A DNA stretch of 64,000 bases, taken from Mobula hypostoma. Lineage: Eukaryota. The stretch is from contig NC_086113.1 of NCBI RefSeq assembly GCF_963921235.1, positions 46,004,001 through 46,068,000 on the forward strand. The letters are read 5' to 3'. The stretch's first letter is position 1, and every line of letters begins with the position of its first letter. Below, piece by piece: positions 38,812-51,504 of the stretch. The notes below the pieces were generated by a model that was not told the origin of the DNA, searched no databases, and was given only the letters and a program-made list of their open reading frames with translations. The translations under genes and the position numbers were made by a program.

Positions 38812-41030
38812 AAACGTAGAAACATAGAAAACCTACAGCACAATACAGGCCCTTCGGCCTACAAAGCTCTGCCGATCATGTTCTTACCATAGAACTACCT
38901 AGGGTTACCCATCGCCCTCTACTTTTCTAAGCTCCATGTATCCATCCAGGAGTTTCTTAAAAGACCCTATCGTTTCCGCCTCCACCACCGTTGCTGGCAG
39001 CCCGTTCCACGCACTCACCACTCTCTGCATTTTAAAAAAAAAAACACTTACCCCTGACATCTCCTCTGTACCTACTTCCAAGCACCTTAAAACTGTGCCC
39101 TCATGTGCTAGCCATTTCAGCCCTGGGAAAAAGCCTCTGACTATCCACATGATCAATACCTCTCATTATCTTGGACACCTCTATCAGGTCACCTCTCACC
39201 CTCCATCACTCCAAGGAGAAAAGGCCGAGTTCACTCAACCTATCCTCATAAAGCAACATCCTTGTAAATTTCCTCTGCATGCTTTCTATGGTTTCCATGT
39301 CCTTCCTGTAGTTTTCCTTAATCCTGTCCACCAAGACCTTGTCATGGCTCCTTCTGGCTCTCTTAATTTCATTCTTAAACTCCTTCCTGCTGTCCTTATA
39401 ATATTCTAGATCTCTGTCAGTAACTAGTTTTTTTGAACCTTTTGTAAGCTCTTCTTTTCTTCTTGACTAGATTTACAACAGCCCTTGTACACCACGGTTC
39501 CTGTACCCTACCATCCTTTCCCTGTCTCATTGGAACATATCCACGCAAAACCCCACGCAAATATCCCCTGAGCATTTTCCACATTTCTTCTGTACATTCC
39601 CTGAGAACATCTGTTTCCAATTTATGCTTCCAAGTTCCTGCCTGATAGCCTCATATTTCCCCTTACTCCAATTAGTTTCCCTAACTTGTCTGTTCCTATC
39701 CCTCTCCAATGCTATGGTAAAGGAGGTAGAATTCTGATCACTATCTCCAAAATGCTCTCTCACTGAGAGACCTGACACCTGACCAGGTTCATTTCCCAAT
39801 ACCAGATCAAGTACAGCCTCTCCTCTTGTAGGCTTAACTACATATTGTGTCAAGAAACCTTACTGAACACACCTAACAAACTCCACCCCATCTAAACCCC
39901 TTGGTCTAGGGAGATGCCAATCAATATTTGGGAAATTAAAATCTCCCACCACAACAACGCTGTTATTATTACTCCTTTCCAGAATCTGTCTCCCTATCTG
40001 CTCCTCGACGTCCCTGTTACTATTGGGTAGTCTATAACAAACACCCAGTCGAGTTATTGACCCCTTCCTATTCATAACTTCCACCCAAGAGACTCTGTAG
40101 ACAACCCCTCCATGACTTCCTCCTTTTCTGCAGCCGTGACACTACCTCTGATCAACAGTGCCATGCCCCCACCTCTTTTGCCTCCCTCCCCATCCTTTCT
40201 GAAACATCTAAACCCTGGCACTTGAAGTAGCCATTACTGCCCCTGTGCTATCCAAGTCTCTGTAATGGCCACAGTATCATAGCTCCAAGTACTGATCCAT
40301 GCTCAAAGCTCATTCGCTTTGTTCATAATACTCCTTGCATTAAAATAAACACATCTCAAACCATTGGTTGGAGCATGTCCCTTCTCTATTACCTGCCTTT
40401 CCTCCCTCTCGCACTGTCTCCAAGCTTTCTCTATCCGTGAGCTAACTGCCCCTTCCTCCCATCACTTCAGTTCGGTTCCCACCCCCCCAGAAATTCTAGT
40501 TTAAACTCTCCTCAATAGCCTTTGCAAACCTCTCTGCCATGATGTTGGTCCCCCTCAGATTCAAGTGCAACCTGTCCTTTTTGCGCAGGTCACACCTGCC
40601 CCAGAAGAGGTCCCAATGATCCAGAAATCTGAATCCCTGACCCCTGCTCCAATCCCTCAGCCACGCATTTATCCTCCACCTCATTCTATTCCTATACTCA
40701 CTGTCATGTGGCACAGGCAGTAATCCAAAGATTACTACTTTTTGAGGTCCAGCTTCTCAACTTCCTTCCTAATTCCCTGTAGTCTGCTTTCAGGACCTCC
40801 TCCCTTTTCCGACCTATGTCATTGGTACCAATATGTACCACCACCTCTGGCTGTTCTTCTTCCTACTTCAAGATATCGTGGACACGATCAGAAACATCCT
40901 GGACCCTGGCACCTGGGAGGCAAACTACCATCCGTGTTTCTTTCCTGCGTCCACAGAATCGCCTGTCTGACTCCCTAACTATGAGTCCCCTATCACTGCT
41001 GCCATCTTCTTCCTTTTCCAACTCTTCTGA
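38812..41030 (-). mobile_element. CR1 remnant with ORF1 SGNH/GDSL esterase, ORF2 endonuclease and a 3' end, RT deleted
   Basis: IVRESDRRFCG..RMVVCLPGARVQDV and NAWLRDW...DRLHLN (ORF1 esterase). VVVGDFNFPNIDW, PTRGEAVLDLVLGN and GDSDQNS (endonuclease). AGAAACAT-type tandem tail at 38812. Confidence 0.88.
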
Positions 41031-41154
41031 GTAAGTAGATGGGCAAGTGACAGAGAACAATTTGCAGATTACTGGGGGGGGGGGGGGCGGAAAGGTCTAG
41101 GATAATGGGACTGCCAGGAATGCTCTACTGGGAGCTGGTCTTATAAACATTTCC

Positions 41155-41700
41155 TGAACATAGGACATAGAAATTCACAGCCCAATTAAGGCCCTTCGGC
41201 CCACAATGTTGTGCTGACCATGTAACCTACTCTAGAAACTGCTTAGAATTTCCCTAGCGCATAGCCCTCTATTTTTCTAAGCTCCACATACCTATCTAAG
41301 AGGCTCCTAAAAGACCCTATCGTATCCGCTTTCACCACTGCTGCCAGCAGCCCAATGCACACACCTACCACTCTCTGTGTGGAAAAACTTACCCCTGACG
41401 TCCCTTCGGCACCTATTTCCAAGCATCTTAAAACTATGCTCCCTCGTGTTAGCCATTTTAGCCCTGGGAAAAAGCCTTTGGCTATCCACACGATCAATGC
41501 CTCTCATCATCTTATACACCTCCATCAGGTCACCAATCATCCTCCGTCGCTCCAAGGAGAAAAGGCCACGTTCACTCAACCTATTCTTATAAGGCATGCT
41601 CCCCAATCCAGGCAACATCCTTGCAAATCTCCCCTGCACTCTCTCTCTATAGTATCCACATCCTTCCTGTAGTGAGGTGACCAGAACTGGACACAGTACA
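41155..41700 (-). mobile_element. CR1 3' end
   Basis: YCVQFWSPHYRKDV and GLFSLERRRMIGDLMEVYKMMRG. Confidence 0.92.
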
Positions 41701-42106
41701 CAATGAACATAATGACATTAACATGAGGAGTAATTGTCTGCTGCATTAATGAGAATAGACAGCTGTTATCGTTGGGCACCTGTCCTGCTGATCACTAAAG
41801 AGGTGAAAGTCTCTCTCTAGTTACTTCAGTTTCTTACAGCGATTCAAGACGTCGAGCATAGGCCCATGAGGCAACTGTGGTATAAATGAAACTTGCTGTG
41901 GATTTCTTCACGAAAGTCATTGGCCAAATGCTTCACCCTGCCTATTAGAATGCCAAAATGAAACCTCGGAGGAAGCTAGTTTGAGAAATAGTTTTTGATG
42001 CAAAGTAACCGGTGGTTACATGTGGTTACATGAGTTTTCATTGGAGCCAGTATATTGGGTTCAGGTAACCATTGTTCTCTCCCTCTCTCTCTCTCGTCTT
42101 TCCAAG

Positions 42107-42313
42107 CTCGTACAGCAGGTGTGTGAAATTATTGTGGAATGCTGGGATCACGATCCCGAAGCCCGGCTCACCGCTCAGTGCATAGTGGAACGTTTCAATG
42201 ATTTGGAACAAATGGACAAGCTCTCTGGTCGGAGCTGCTCTGAGGAGAAGATTCCAGAAGACTGCACTGTCAGTGAGACCAAGCAGAACCTGAAGGCAGT
42301 CACCGTGGTGTAA
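42107..42313 (+). CDS. TGFBR2: TGFBR2 last coding exon ([30 protein letters not shown]...[23 protein letters not shown])
   Basis: (CT)-rich tract then aag| at 42104-42106. LVQQVCE aligns without a gap to human GIQMVCE. TAA at 42311-42313. Exact acceptor could be shifted by +9 or +12 nt (in-frame CAG CAG). Confidence 0.93.
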   Translation, partial: LVQQVCEIIVECWDHDPEARLTAQCIVERFNDLEQMDKLSGRSCSEEKIPEDCTVSETKQNLKAVTVV

Positions 42314-42574
42314 GACCCTGTAGGCAGTCACCAAGGTCAGCTGACTGAGTGGGAGAAACAACCCAAAGCAAATAACAAGGAATTTGTACCAGAGGGGAGA
42401 ATTTGATGTCCCGCAGAAGCAATTCTGTGCCTCTTGCTGACGGACATGTAATTCTTCACAAAGACAGTGGAACTCTGGGAGCAGGAACCAAGGCCAGAAT
42501 TTCTGACTTGTTACAGCCATATTCTGATTGGTCACTGTTCAGGAAGCCAAAGATTCCATCTTGTAACCATTAAT

Positions 42575-42585
42575 TTTGCACTTTA
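42575..42585 (+). promoter_or_regulatory. Composite miRNA site TTTGCACTTTA (miR-17/20/93/106 8mer, miR-19 7mer-m8, miR-130/301 7mer-m8)
   Basis: Exact seed matches GCACTTTA, TTTGCAC and TTGCACT about 260 nt after the stop. Mammalian TGFBR2 is an established miR-17-family target. Confidence 0.75.
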
Positions 42586-45500
42586 TTAATATATGTGTGT
42601 ATATATAAAGTACAGGTATATATCTTGAGGAACTTTTTTATATACAAAGTATCATAATCATGTGTGCCTGTTAGAGTTGTATGCAGCAATATGGCACTTG
42701 TAATTTCTATTCCCTCAAAAAATCATATTTTGTTCTTTCCTGCATTGGATTTTGTACAGTGTAGGAACAAATGGAAATAGGAATCAAATACCAAAAAAAA
42801 CAACAGATTGCTGCTAGATGGATGAAATTAAGCAAGGGGTAGAGATCATGGAGGGAAGGGGAAGTCTCGAGGAACAAGCCCTATATATCCGGGGTGTGAA
42901 AGCGGGTGATCAGGCCTGCCGATGGCCTCTCACTGGAGAGTGGGACTGTTCAAATGTGAAATAAAACCAGACCTCGTTCCGTTGGAGAGTTGGGTTGCAA
43001 TGGCATCAGCAGTTTAGCAGGGAGGACTGATTTACCTAAAGTGGTGGGAGGCAAACCTCGGCATGATGGTAGTGACATCAATGCTTCTATTTGAGTGTCT
43101 CTTAAACGTGGGTCTGGTGCGGAGTCCGGGACAAGGTTTCACCTGAAGACCCACAGCCTCAGAAGCAGCGAGCTGTAAGGTTCTAGATATGAAAGGAATC
43201 GGGTGCAGAGAGTGGAGTGGCTTTGAGGTAAAAAATTAGCTGTGATTTCATTGAGCGACGGAGCCAAGTGGTTTTGCTATTTCTTGCGCAGCCAATTGTT
43301 TGCTCTGCAGCAAGAAAATACAGCAACAAATTGGAAGCCCCAAATGCCTACTGTAGACATTAGGCAGGTGAGGTTGGGTCACTCAGACAGACGGACTGCG
43401 TTGTTTTTTTTTAATGCTACAACTGGCTTTGGCATCTCTATGCTGTGGTGGGGGTGGCGCGGGATGTGTTGGGGGGGTGGGGTTGGTGGGGTCCCTGAGC
43501 CAGACAGGACTAGATTTCAGTTCCCGCTACTTTTAAGTTTCCTGCAGTGTGCGCGCTGGGTTAGCCTGCTTTTGTTGTCCGGCTGGAGTTCGCCTGGGTA
43601 CAACTGAAACCCAGAGGTGGGTAGTTGGAGGGGTTCACTGGCCACTAAATTGCTCCTGTTGTGAGGGGCGTGGGGAGAATAAGAATGGGATTACTGTAGG
43701 ATTGGTGTAACAAGGTGGTGATGGTCAGTGTGCACTTACTGGGCTGATGGGCCTGGTTTCATGGCGTATCTCGCCGTGACTGTTAAGAGTTGGCCACACT
43801 GGTGTGACACTGCAAGTACCTTCCTGGGTGAAGAGCAGCAAGTAATATCCTTCAAAAACGTTGGTGAATCAGCGCAGATTTGACGGTAATCCTACAGCTT
43901 CACAAGTCACTCAGCACTGAATAGCTTTAGTGATGACTCTTTTATTTGTCACAGGTGCAGCTGGCCAGTGTTGTGGCCTGGAGGAAGCTAATGCCTTCAG
44001 GTCCACACTAAAGCACTTAGAAATTGCACGTAGAAGGGGAGGGAGAAAGCTAAGAACTAACTCCAACATCGCACCCTCACAGATATGTCGCATTGGTATT
44101 TGGTTTCATAGAGTACCCAATGATTGCTCAGTAACCAATCAGAATTGTAGGGTTTTTTTAAAAAAGTGCTCAGGTTAATGAACGTACCCAAACCTCAAAT
44201 GATCTGAGATCTTCTGAAGAAGATTTTGCAGATGCTTGAAATCTTGAGCAGCAGACACAAAAATGCTGAAGGAACTCAGCAGGTCAGGAGGGGAATAATG
44301 TTTTGGGCCGAGACCCTTCATTGGGACTGGAAAGGAAGGGGACAGAAACCAGAATGAGTTAGTAGGGAGGGGAGAGAGGGAAGATGTTCATCCCAGTACA
44401 TGAGGTGGTGCAATAGAGCACCTGACTTCTAGTCTTCATGAGAATGCATTCTCATTCTAATTGGCATTGGAATGTGGTTTGTATCATGTTTTACTGTATT
44501 ATCTACAATTGGTCACATTTCTAAACTTTTTAACCCGGTGTATTGAACAAAAAAAAAATCCAAATTTCCCCATTTCCATAGTTCTAGTTGGCCAAGCAAA
44601 GGGTATCACCAGAAGCTGAGATGAGCATCTTAGAAAGCTAGCCCCAGTTTGGTATTATGTGGAGAATGTATAACTTTGTGAAGTATAAACAACCCATATA
44701 CCAGGGCCTGTTCAGTTCTGTGATCATGTATTACTCCGCTCAAACTAATAATGTTGAAGTACTCTGGTGTGAATTGATCAACAGGTCACTAGAGCAATAA
44801 TAGTCCAGTAAAACCAGTAGTTTTCTGGTGCAACCAGGTCTTAAAATAGAAAAAAAAAACTTCATTAATAAAGCATAGTCTTGATGAAGTGTCAGGATCC
44901 AAAGTAGGGATGGCCCCATTATTCTGGTCCCCACAAAACAGAGTAATATTTTTTGGAAGTTTTGCTGACAGATTCTTGTCAATCAGTAATGGATGAAAAG
45001 GGGAAAGTACTGTGCTGCTTGAAGGGGCAACATGGTAGCTTAGTGGTTAGCATACTGCTATCACAGCGCCAACGACCTGGGTTCGATTCCCGCCCGTCTT
45101 GTACTTTTTGCAGGTTTCTCCCCACGTTCCAATTGATGTGGTTGCTAAGGTAACTGGTCACATGGGTGTCAACGGTGACAACCTCTGCTTCACTGGACTA
45201 TGTGAATAGCATGGGCCAATCTGGAATTGCAACTGAGGAGAGGAGAGTAATTCAGGTCTCAGTAAGAGTAAGATATGCAAGATGCTGATTGTATGTTCTC
45301 TGAATTACCAAAATTTATGGAGTAATCTCATGCAGATGGTTAAAAGATTGGATAAGGTTAAGACATTCCAACTGTGTTGGGAGAATTCAGGAAAAGCTGC
45401 TATTTGTACTAACATCAGAGCTAAGCTGTTCAGAATTATCAGGAAACACGCTGTGTACACAGAGTGGTGAAAATCAAAGGCTTGCATAAAGCTGCTGAGG

Positions 45501-46055
45501 TTATACCCACTGAAAACTTTTTTTTGGGTGATGGTATTAAAGGTTTAGGAATGAAGGGAAGTAAACGGGTTTCATTCCACATTCAAGGAGAGTTGATAGC
45601 ACAGGCTCAATCAATTGATTGGCATTGTTGTCTTCCTATGTTTCAAAATTCAATTAAAGTTGGTTGTCTCACCTTCTGCCCAGGAATGTACAAGTTGTAT
45701 TAATATTTCTTAGAACTCAAAGTTTATTTGGAACTTCACAGGTTTTTAAAAAAATATTGCAAAACATGAGCTGCACGTTCATTACACAAAACTGACCATA
45801 TAAATTACCACCATTATATTGGCTTTGTGGGCCTGGGAGACAATTTCATCGTTTCGGGCATATAAGTTGCTTGAATGTATTTTTTTTAGAAAATTTGTTA
45901 CTATATATAATCTTTTTATATGTTTTTGTAAATGCTGGAGTTGTCAACTTGCATTAAAACTATTTTATATAGCACTTAATATAAGTGACATTTATATAAG
46001 GAGGTAATGTTTCATAGGATAAAATTATCTAACAGCTTTTTTTGAAAGTGTTTTC

Positions 46056-46061
46056 AATAAA
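46056..46061 (+). terminator. Candidate distal polyadenylation signal of TGFBR2
   Basis: AATAAA at the end of an AU-rich block. A proximal AATAAA also lies at 42960-42965. Confidence 0.55.
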
Positions 46062-47572
46062 AATGGTATTAAAGGGATTTCACGTCAATGTCGGGACAAA
46101 AGCTATTGTATCCTGTTGCCTCTACATAGCAGGTTTTGTATGTTGACTGATGTATTTTTTTTTACGATCTTCAATTGTCCTAATAGGAACATGTGCTATT
46201 CATTCTTTGGTACAAGGAATCTGGTCTTCAATATCCACCTCCAAAAGTGAGGCAGAGTTAGTATGATCAAACATGCGCCATAATTTCTCATGTTGAGTGT
46301 ATGCATTGGCTGCTACTTTGAACGCAACTTCATTAATCTGATAGCAATCTGTCTCTTTCCATTTGAAGCGTCAAGCTTTGGTATGAGCCATTGTAAAACA
46401 CCTCGCCAAGTGACAATAATCCTGGGCCACTCAGTGGAAGGAGAACTCTCATCTTTTGTATTGATTTGCAAGCACAATTTGATAGTTTGTATGATGCTTT
46501 TCCCAACTCTGCATAAGACTGTTTCACTTCGATCCTCCATAAGCCAGTCATACAGAATGCTGCTGCTTGTGTGTCCTAATGTGTCCCATCTTGTTCTTCC
46601 ATCTCCCTATGCTCATTTACCTGTGTTGCTCCTGAGTTAATCAATTTTTAAAAATTCCCATCCCAGTTTTTAAACCCCACTGTGGCCTTACTCAACTCAT
46701 TCCCTGGAATCCAACAAGCTCAGTCTCATCCAGGGCAAGATGACAGCTTCGGTTGTTACTGTTGTACATCCACCATTCGTCCCCTCCATCACCGGCAGAC
46801 ATACTGTGACCGCACAACAGTTCCTCGCCTGGTTGACAGTAACGGCAACTCCCCAAACCTGTGTTATCTGTGACCAAAGAGGTCCATGGGGAGACCACCA
46901 TCTGCAGGTCCCCCACCAAGACTTGCACCATCCTAATTTGAAAAACTGCAGCAGTTTGAGGGCAGTCAATGATGAGAAATCAATGCCTTCCTCGCCAGTG
47001 ATGTCCAACTTCTCCAGTTCTGCTCTCTTTATCATCCGTAATTTAATCCTTCCACTACTTAACTTTTCTGGAATTCCCGACCTAAACTCATCTCTGTACA
47101 AATCTTACCTTTCTTTACAACATTCTCCAAATATTGACTTTGGCCCTAATATTGCAATTGACTTGGTATCAAATGTTGCTTGATAATGTTCTTGTGAAGT
47201 GCCTTGGGACATCCAGGAACTCTTGTATACCTTACTGTTGGTGGATCTTGTACTAAATACAAATTGAATCTGTAATAATGTGTATGTTGCTATGACTTGG
47301 GACTTCAGTCCATTAAAAGGAAATGAATGTAATCTGATGCAGTGCAGGGAAACAGAAACCTTTATCTGAATGATTAACAATATATTTTACTCATTTATAA
47401 AGTATAGCCAAGCTTATATGTACATGTGTGCAAAGCCACACATTTATCATCTTTGCAATGTAAAGACTAATGTAAGTATTTAATAAAGAAATTATAAAAT
47501 GTTACTTTCATCTGGTTATTGACAACATTCTAAATTCCCCATTGCAGCATTTACTTGTGCATACTGTACATA

Positions 47573-47885
47573 GTGGGCACATGGCTAAGTGGTTAAGGCA
47601 TTGGACTAGCGACCTGAAGGTCATGAGTTCGAGCCCCAGCCGAGGCAACGTGATGTGTCCTTGAGCAAGGCATTTAATCACACATTGCTCTGTGATGACA
47701 CTGGTGCCAAGCTGTATGGGTCCTAATGCCCTTCCCTTGTCCAACATTGGAGTCGTGGAGAGGGGAGACTTGCAGCATGGGCAACTGCTGGTCTTCCATA
47801 CAACCTTGCCCAGGCCTGTGCCCTGGAGCGTGAAGACTTTCCAGGTGCAGATCCATGGTCTCGCAAGACTAACGGATGCCTTTAT
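47573..47885 (+). mobile_element. tRNA-headed CORE-type SINE with RTE-related tail
   Basis: A box TGGCTAAGTGG, B box GAGTTCGAGCCC, CORE-like TGTGTCCTTGAGCAAGGCATTTAATC. Tail homologous to 11475-11615. Confidence 0.8.
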
Positions 47886-50800
47886 TTTACTGTACATACC
47901 ATCTGACACATGGACTGACTGAAGTCTCCCTTTTCTGATGTTTTTAACATCTGACGTGCCCAGAGAAATGGTAAAATTTACAGTCATTAAGCAAATTAGG
48001 AAGGGCTCTTCCAATGGCGCTGTGGCAGTTCTTGCTACTGCCTCAGAGGTCCAGCCACGACCTTGTCTTCTGGTATTTACATGCTCTCTCAACACAAGTT
48101 TCCCCAAGTGCTTTAGTTTTCTTCCACATCCTAAAGTTGAGTCTGATGGGCTTTCCTCCATCTCCCCCTTCTTCAAGCGGTGACACCCACCAACCCTCGA
48201 TTGTATCCTCATCTAATCAAGCAACAACTTACAATGACCAATTAACCTACCGACCGGTACGTCTTTGGACTGTGGGAGGAAACTGGAGCACCCGGAGGAA
48301 ACTCTTGCGGTCACTGGGAGAATTTACAACTCCTTACAGGCAGTGGCAGGATTAGAACCGGGGTCGCTGGTACTGTGAAGTGTCATGCTAGCCACTACAC
48401 TGCCGTGCTGCCTCCTGGTGGGTGAATTAGCTGCTGCAAGTTGCCTCTGCATTGTAGGCAAGTGGGCAAAGAATCACAGGGGAGTTGATGGGCACGTTCA
48501 AGAGAACAGGTTGCAGGGGTACAGGAAACTTTGGGACTGGTGGAATTTCTGCTCAGAGCCAGCACAGGCCCAATGACTGAATGGCCTCCTATAGGGCAAT
48601 AAACAATAAATCTTCTGTCAGGATTGCAAGCACCTGAACAGAGGGTCTGTGGACAGACTCTCTTTGTGGACTTCAATTCTGAAGGCTATTTGTTTTTATT
48701 GTCTGCATGAACTGTTTTTTTTCCCCTCTGCACATTGGGTGTTTGATAGTGTTTTTTAATGGGTTCTTTTGAGTTTCTTTGCTTTGTGGCTGCCTGTTAG
48801 GAGACCAATCGCAAGGTTATATAATGTATACATACTTTGATAATATACTTTGAACTGTATGAGGAACAGATTGTGTGCAGGTCAGTTTATAAAGGGGCTT
48901 TGAAGGGACTTTCAGTTGATGTCAGGACACAAGACACTTGTCAAAAGCCAATTTCTAACAGATAGAAATTGATTTGTATTAGAACGTGATTCTGCTACAG
49001 AGGTGCCATTTAACTGCTGGGCAAAAGAAGGTGACCTAGCCTTTATGATTCCACCCATAAATTAGGACATAGCTTTACCTGGTCTGAACATCTCTCAATT
49101 TAAATAGTTACTATACCATCGATAATTGTAAAAAGGATGACATTGGTATACCTCAGCAATTGCATCTGCCTTCCTCAATTGTGTAGTATGCCAGTTCTGT
49201 CTTCTATCACAATATGCAAACGGCAATAGCAAGGCACAAGGAAATGAGCAGTCTTAGCTGTTACCAAAAGTATGATAAACTTGATTGACACTGGTTTGCC
49301 CAGGTCCTGCAAGGAGGGGATGACCATTGTGGGAAGTGAAGACTTTGGACACTAGTGGCAAAATGCTATGGGTGCTGGAAGTCTGAAATGATAACAGAAA
49401 GTTTTAGAAATACTCAGCACGTCGAGCAGCATCTGTCGTGCTGGAGATATCAAGGTTTATTTTTCTCAAAATCATTCTTGGTTTCCAGGTAGAGTTAATT
49501 GTTGCCGCCTTGACTCAGTATCATGAATGTGGGAATTGGTGTTGTGAGTGGTCAGAAGTTCTTCTGGGAGCAGTTGGGAGGCCATCCCTTGTTATCGTCT
49601 ATTAAAGCTATTTCTGGACAAAGGGAAACAAACAAAGCTATCTAATGACTATTTGCCACAGCCTGTTTCTGGGTGAACAATGTTATTTATGAGCCATTGT
49701 ATGGAATGAGTTAAGAGCAATTGTAAGCCACTGTCTGGAAGATATGGAATAGAGGAGTTTATATATAGCTGGGGTAAAACTTAAATCTGGGATACTTCTG
49801 ATGTGGAAATTTTAGATTGAATGGCATGGGAAAAGGATTGGGAGCTAGAAGTCACTGAACAGACTACCTCAAACTTTCCCATTTTGAGTTGCATGATCTT
49901 CTGGTTCATCCAGGAAGAGGAAACATTGCTGGCAAAACTACATCTAGGATATTTTTCAAACCCCCAATGATATAAAACCTACAATCGTTCTGCACATAAA
50001 AAGATGTGTGAATGTCATTTTGGTTTGCAACTTTTATTTCACTACGTTAAATACAGAATTTTGCTTTTCATTTGACATTAAAACATAAGTTATCACCTTA
50101 TCTAATTCAAGTATATTTAGCTCAATATGTTGAATATAAAAAAAAGTCTAATTTCAGCGACAGTTTGATGTACTGGTTCTATTTTAAATTTAAATGGTCC
50201 AAAACACCCACAAAGTTGCGTAATGTAAAACAGTGCAGAAAACTCACTCCAACTAGTAAATCCATGGTATTTGGCATTTCACTAGAGAAGCATCATGTTG
50301 TGGACAATTGAATTATACTACAAAGATAATAGCACTGCAACATTTCTTTCGTTAAGATAAACAGTTTTGCTTTCATGGGCAATGTTGTACACTATTTTCT
50401 AGTGACAACACCTCACTGATAAAGCAGCACACTATACACTTGAAGCATTACAGAAATCAACACGACTTTCTATAAAATAAGTGCTCAGGTCTGTATTTGC
50501 TCAATTGGTAATTTTTCCAAGTTTTTAAAGCAATATTGCTCGGTCGGAGGTGGACAACAGGACAAAATGTCTGACCAATTGGATAGGGCAATCTCTGCTG
50601 ACATTTAATTATGAATGGCCACCTTCTGCAAGCTGCTCATACAACTGTCACTGGCTGTCCTCATCACTTCCCCACCCTGCTGTCCACACTTACTTCCTGG
50701 CCAATTGGAAAATGAAAAGACACTGCAGGACCAAAGGAAATTTCCTTATTGGAATTTGGATGGAGTGATAAAAGATGTTCTTCAGATCTTAGTTAAAATT

Positions 50801-51504
50801 TTAACAAAAAAGAATGATTAGAAATCATCTAACTAGCAAAGAAAATGTAGACCAACAAGTGCTTTGCTTAACAGATTAATCAATGTTCTGTCAAAATATT
50901 ATCAATATATTTTACAGGGAAAAGAAAAAAATATGGACTGATTTGTCTTTTGCCTCAAGCCTCAATACTATGAATATGCAGATAGCCATTTTATTACAAC
51001 AAATCCTGATGCAAATCATCCAGCAGTAGTCACAATCTCACATCTTAACAAAAGCGTATCAGTCAATAAACAATGACAGAATAATTTTGTGTGGGAAAAA
51101 CGAGTTGTTGTGTAGTTAGTTACTAATGGAGATTGTTATCTTCCAGATATCACTATCTTTCCCACTGTTATCCTGCTTTGCTTGTTCCTTTCCAAGCCAA
51201 AATGAAGTTTCTCCAGCCTCTTAAATACAACGGCTGAAAGACTTAAAGAGAGTCTATTTACCGTTACATAGAACTGAAGGTACTACCTCCAATGTAAATT
51301 ATTCTGAATTAGTGTTTTGGAGCAAAGTATTACAGGAATGTTAAAACCAGATTTAAAATACCCAACAAAGTTTTAACCTAGTGTCTGAAAGCTTGTGGAT
51401 CCAGGTAATTAAATCAATGAAGAGTGTCCTTTTAAATTTATTTTAGAGACACAGTGTGGGAATAGGTCCCTCTGGTTTGAGCTGCACCACCCAGAAACCC
51501 CCAA

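Larger units (their letters stand above)
42314..46080 (+). other. TGFBR2: Probable TGFBR2 3'UTR (about 3.7 kb, contains several repeat fragments)
   Basis: Follows the stop codon. AU-rich blocks with miRNA seed matches at 42575-42585 and 45971-45978. AATAAA at 46056-46061 with T/GT-rich sequence downstream. The end point is inferred. Confidence 0.6.

Noticed and set aside
42038-42535. 165-aa antisense ORF over the last TGFBR2 exon, and the antisense ORFs over exon 4
   Set aside because: Shadow ORFs of GC-rich coding sequence with no homology signal.
47573-47650. Genuine tRNA gene (also 4103-4180)
   Set aside because: A and B boxes are present, but they continue into SINE bodies and tails, and one copy has a TSD. 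These are SINE heads.
47508-48212. 234-aa minus-strand ORF
   Set aside because: Runs antisense through a SINE, has no recognisable domain and is most likely a chance ORF.
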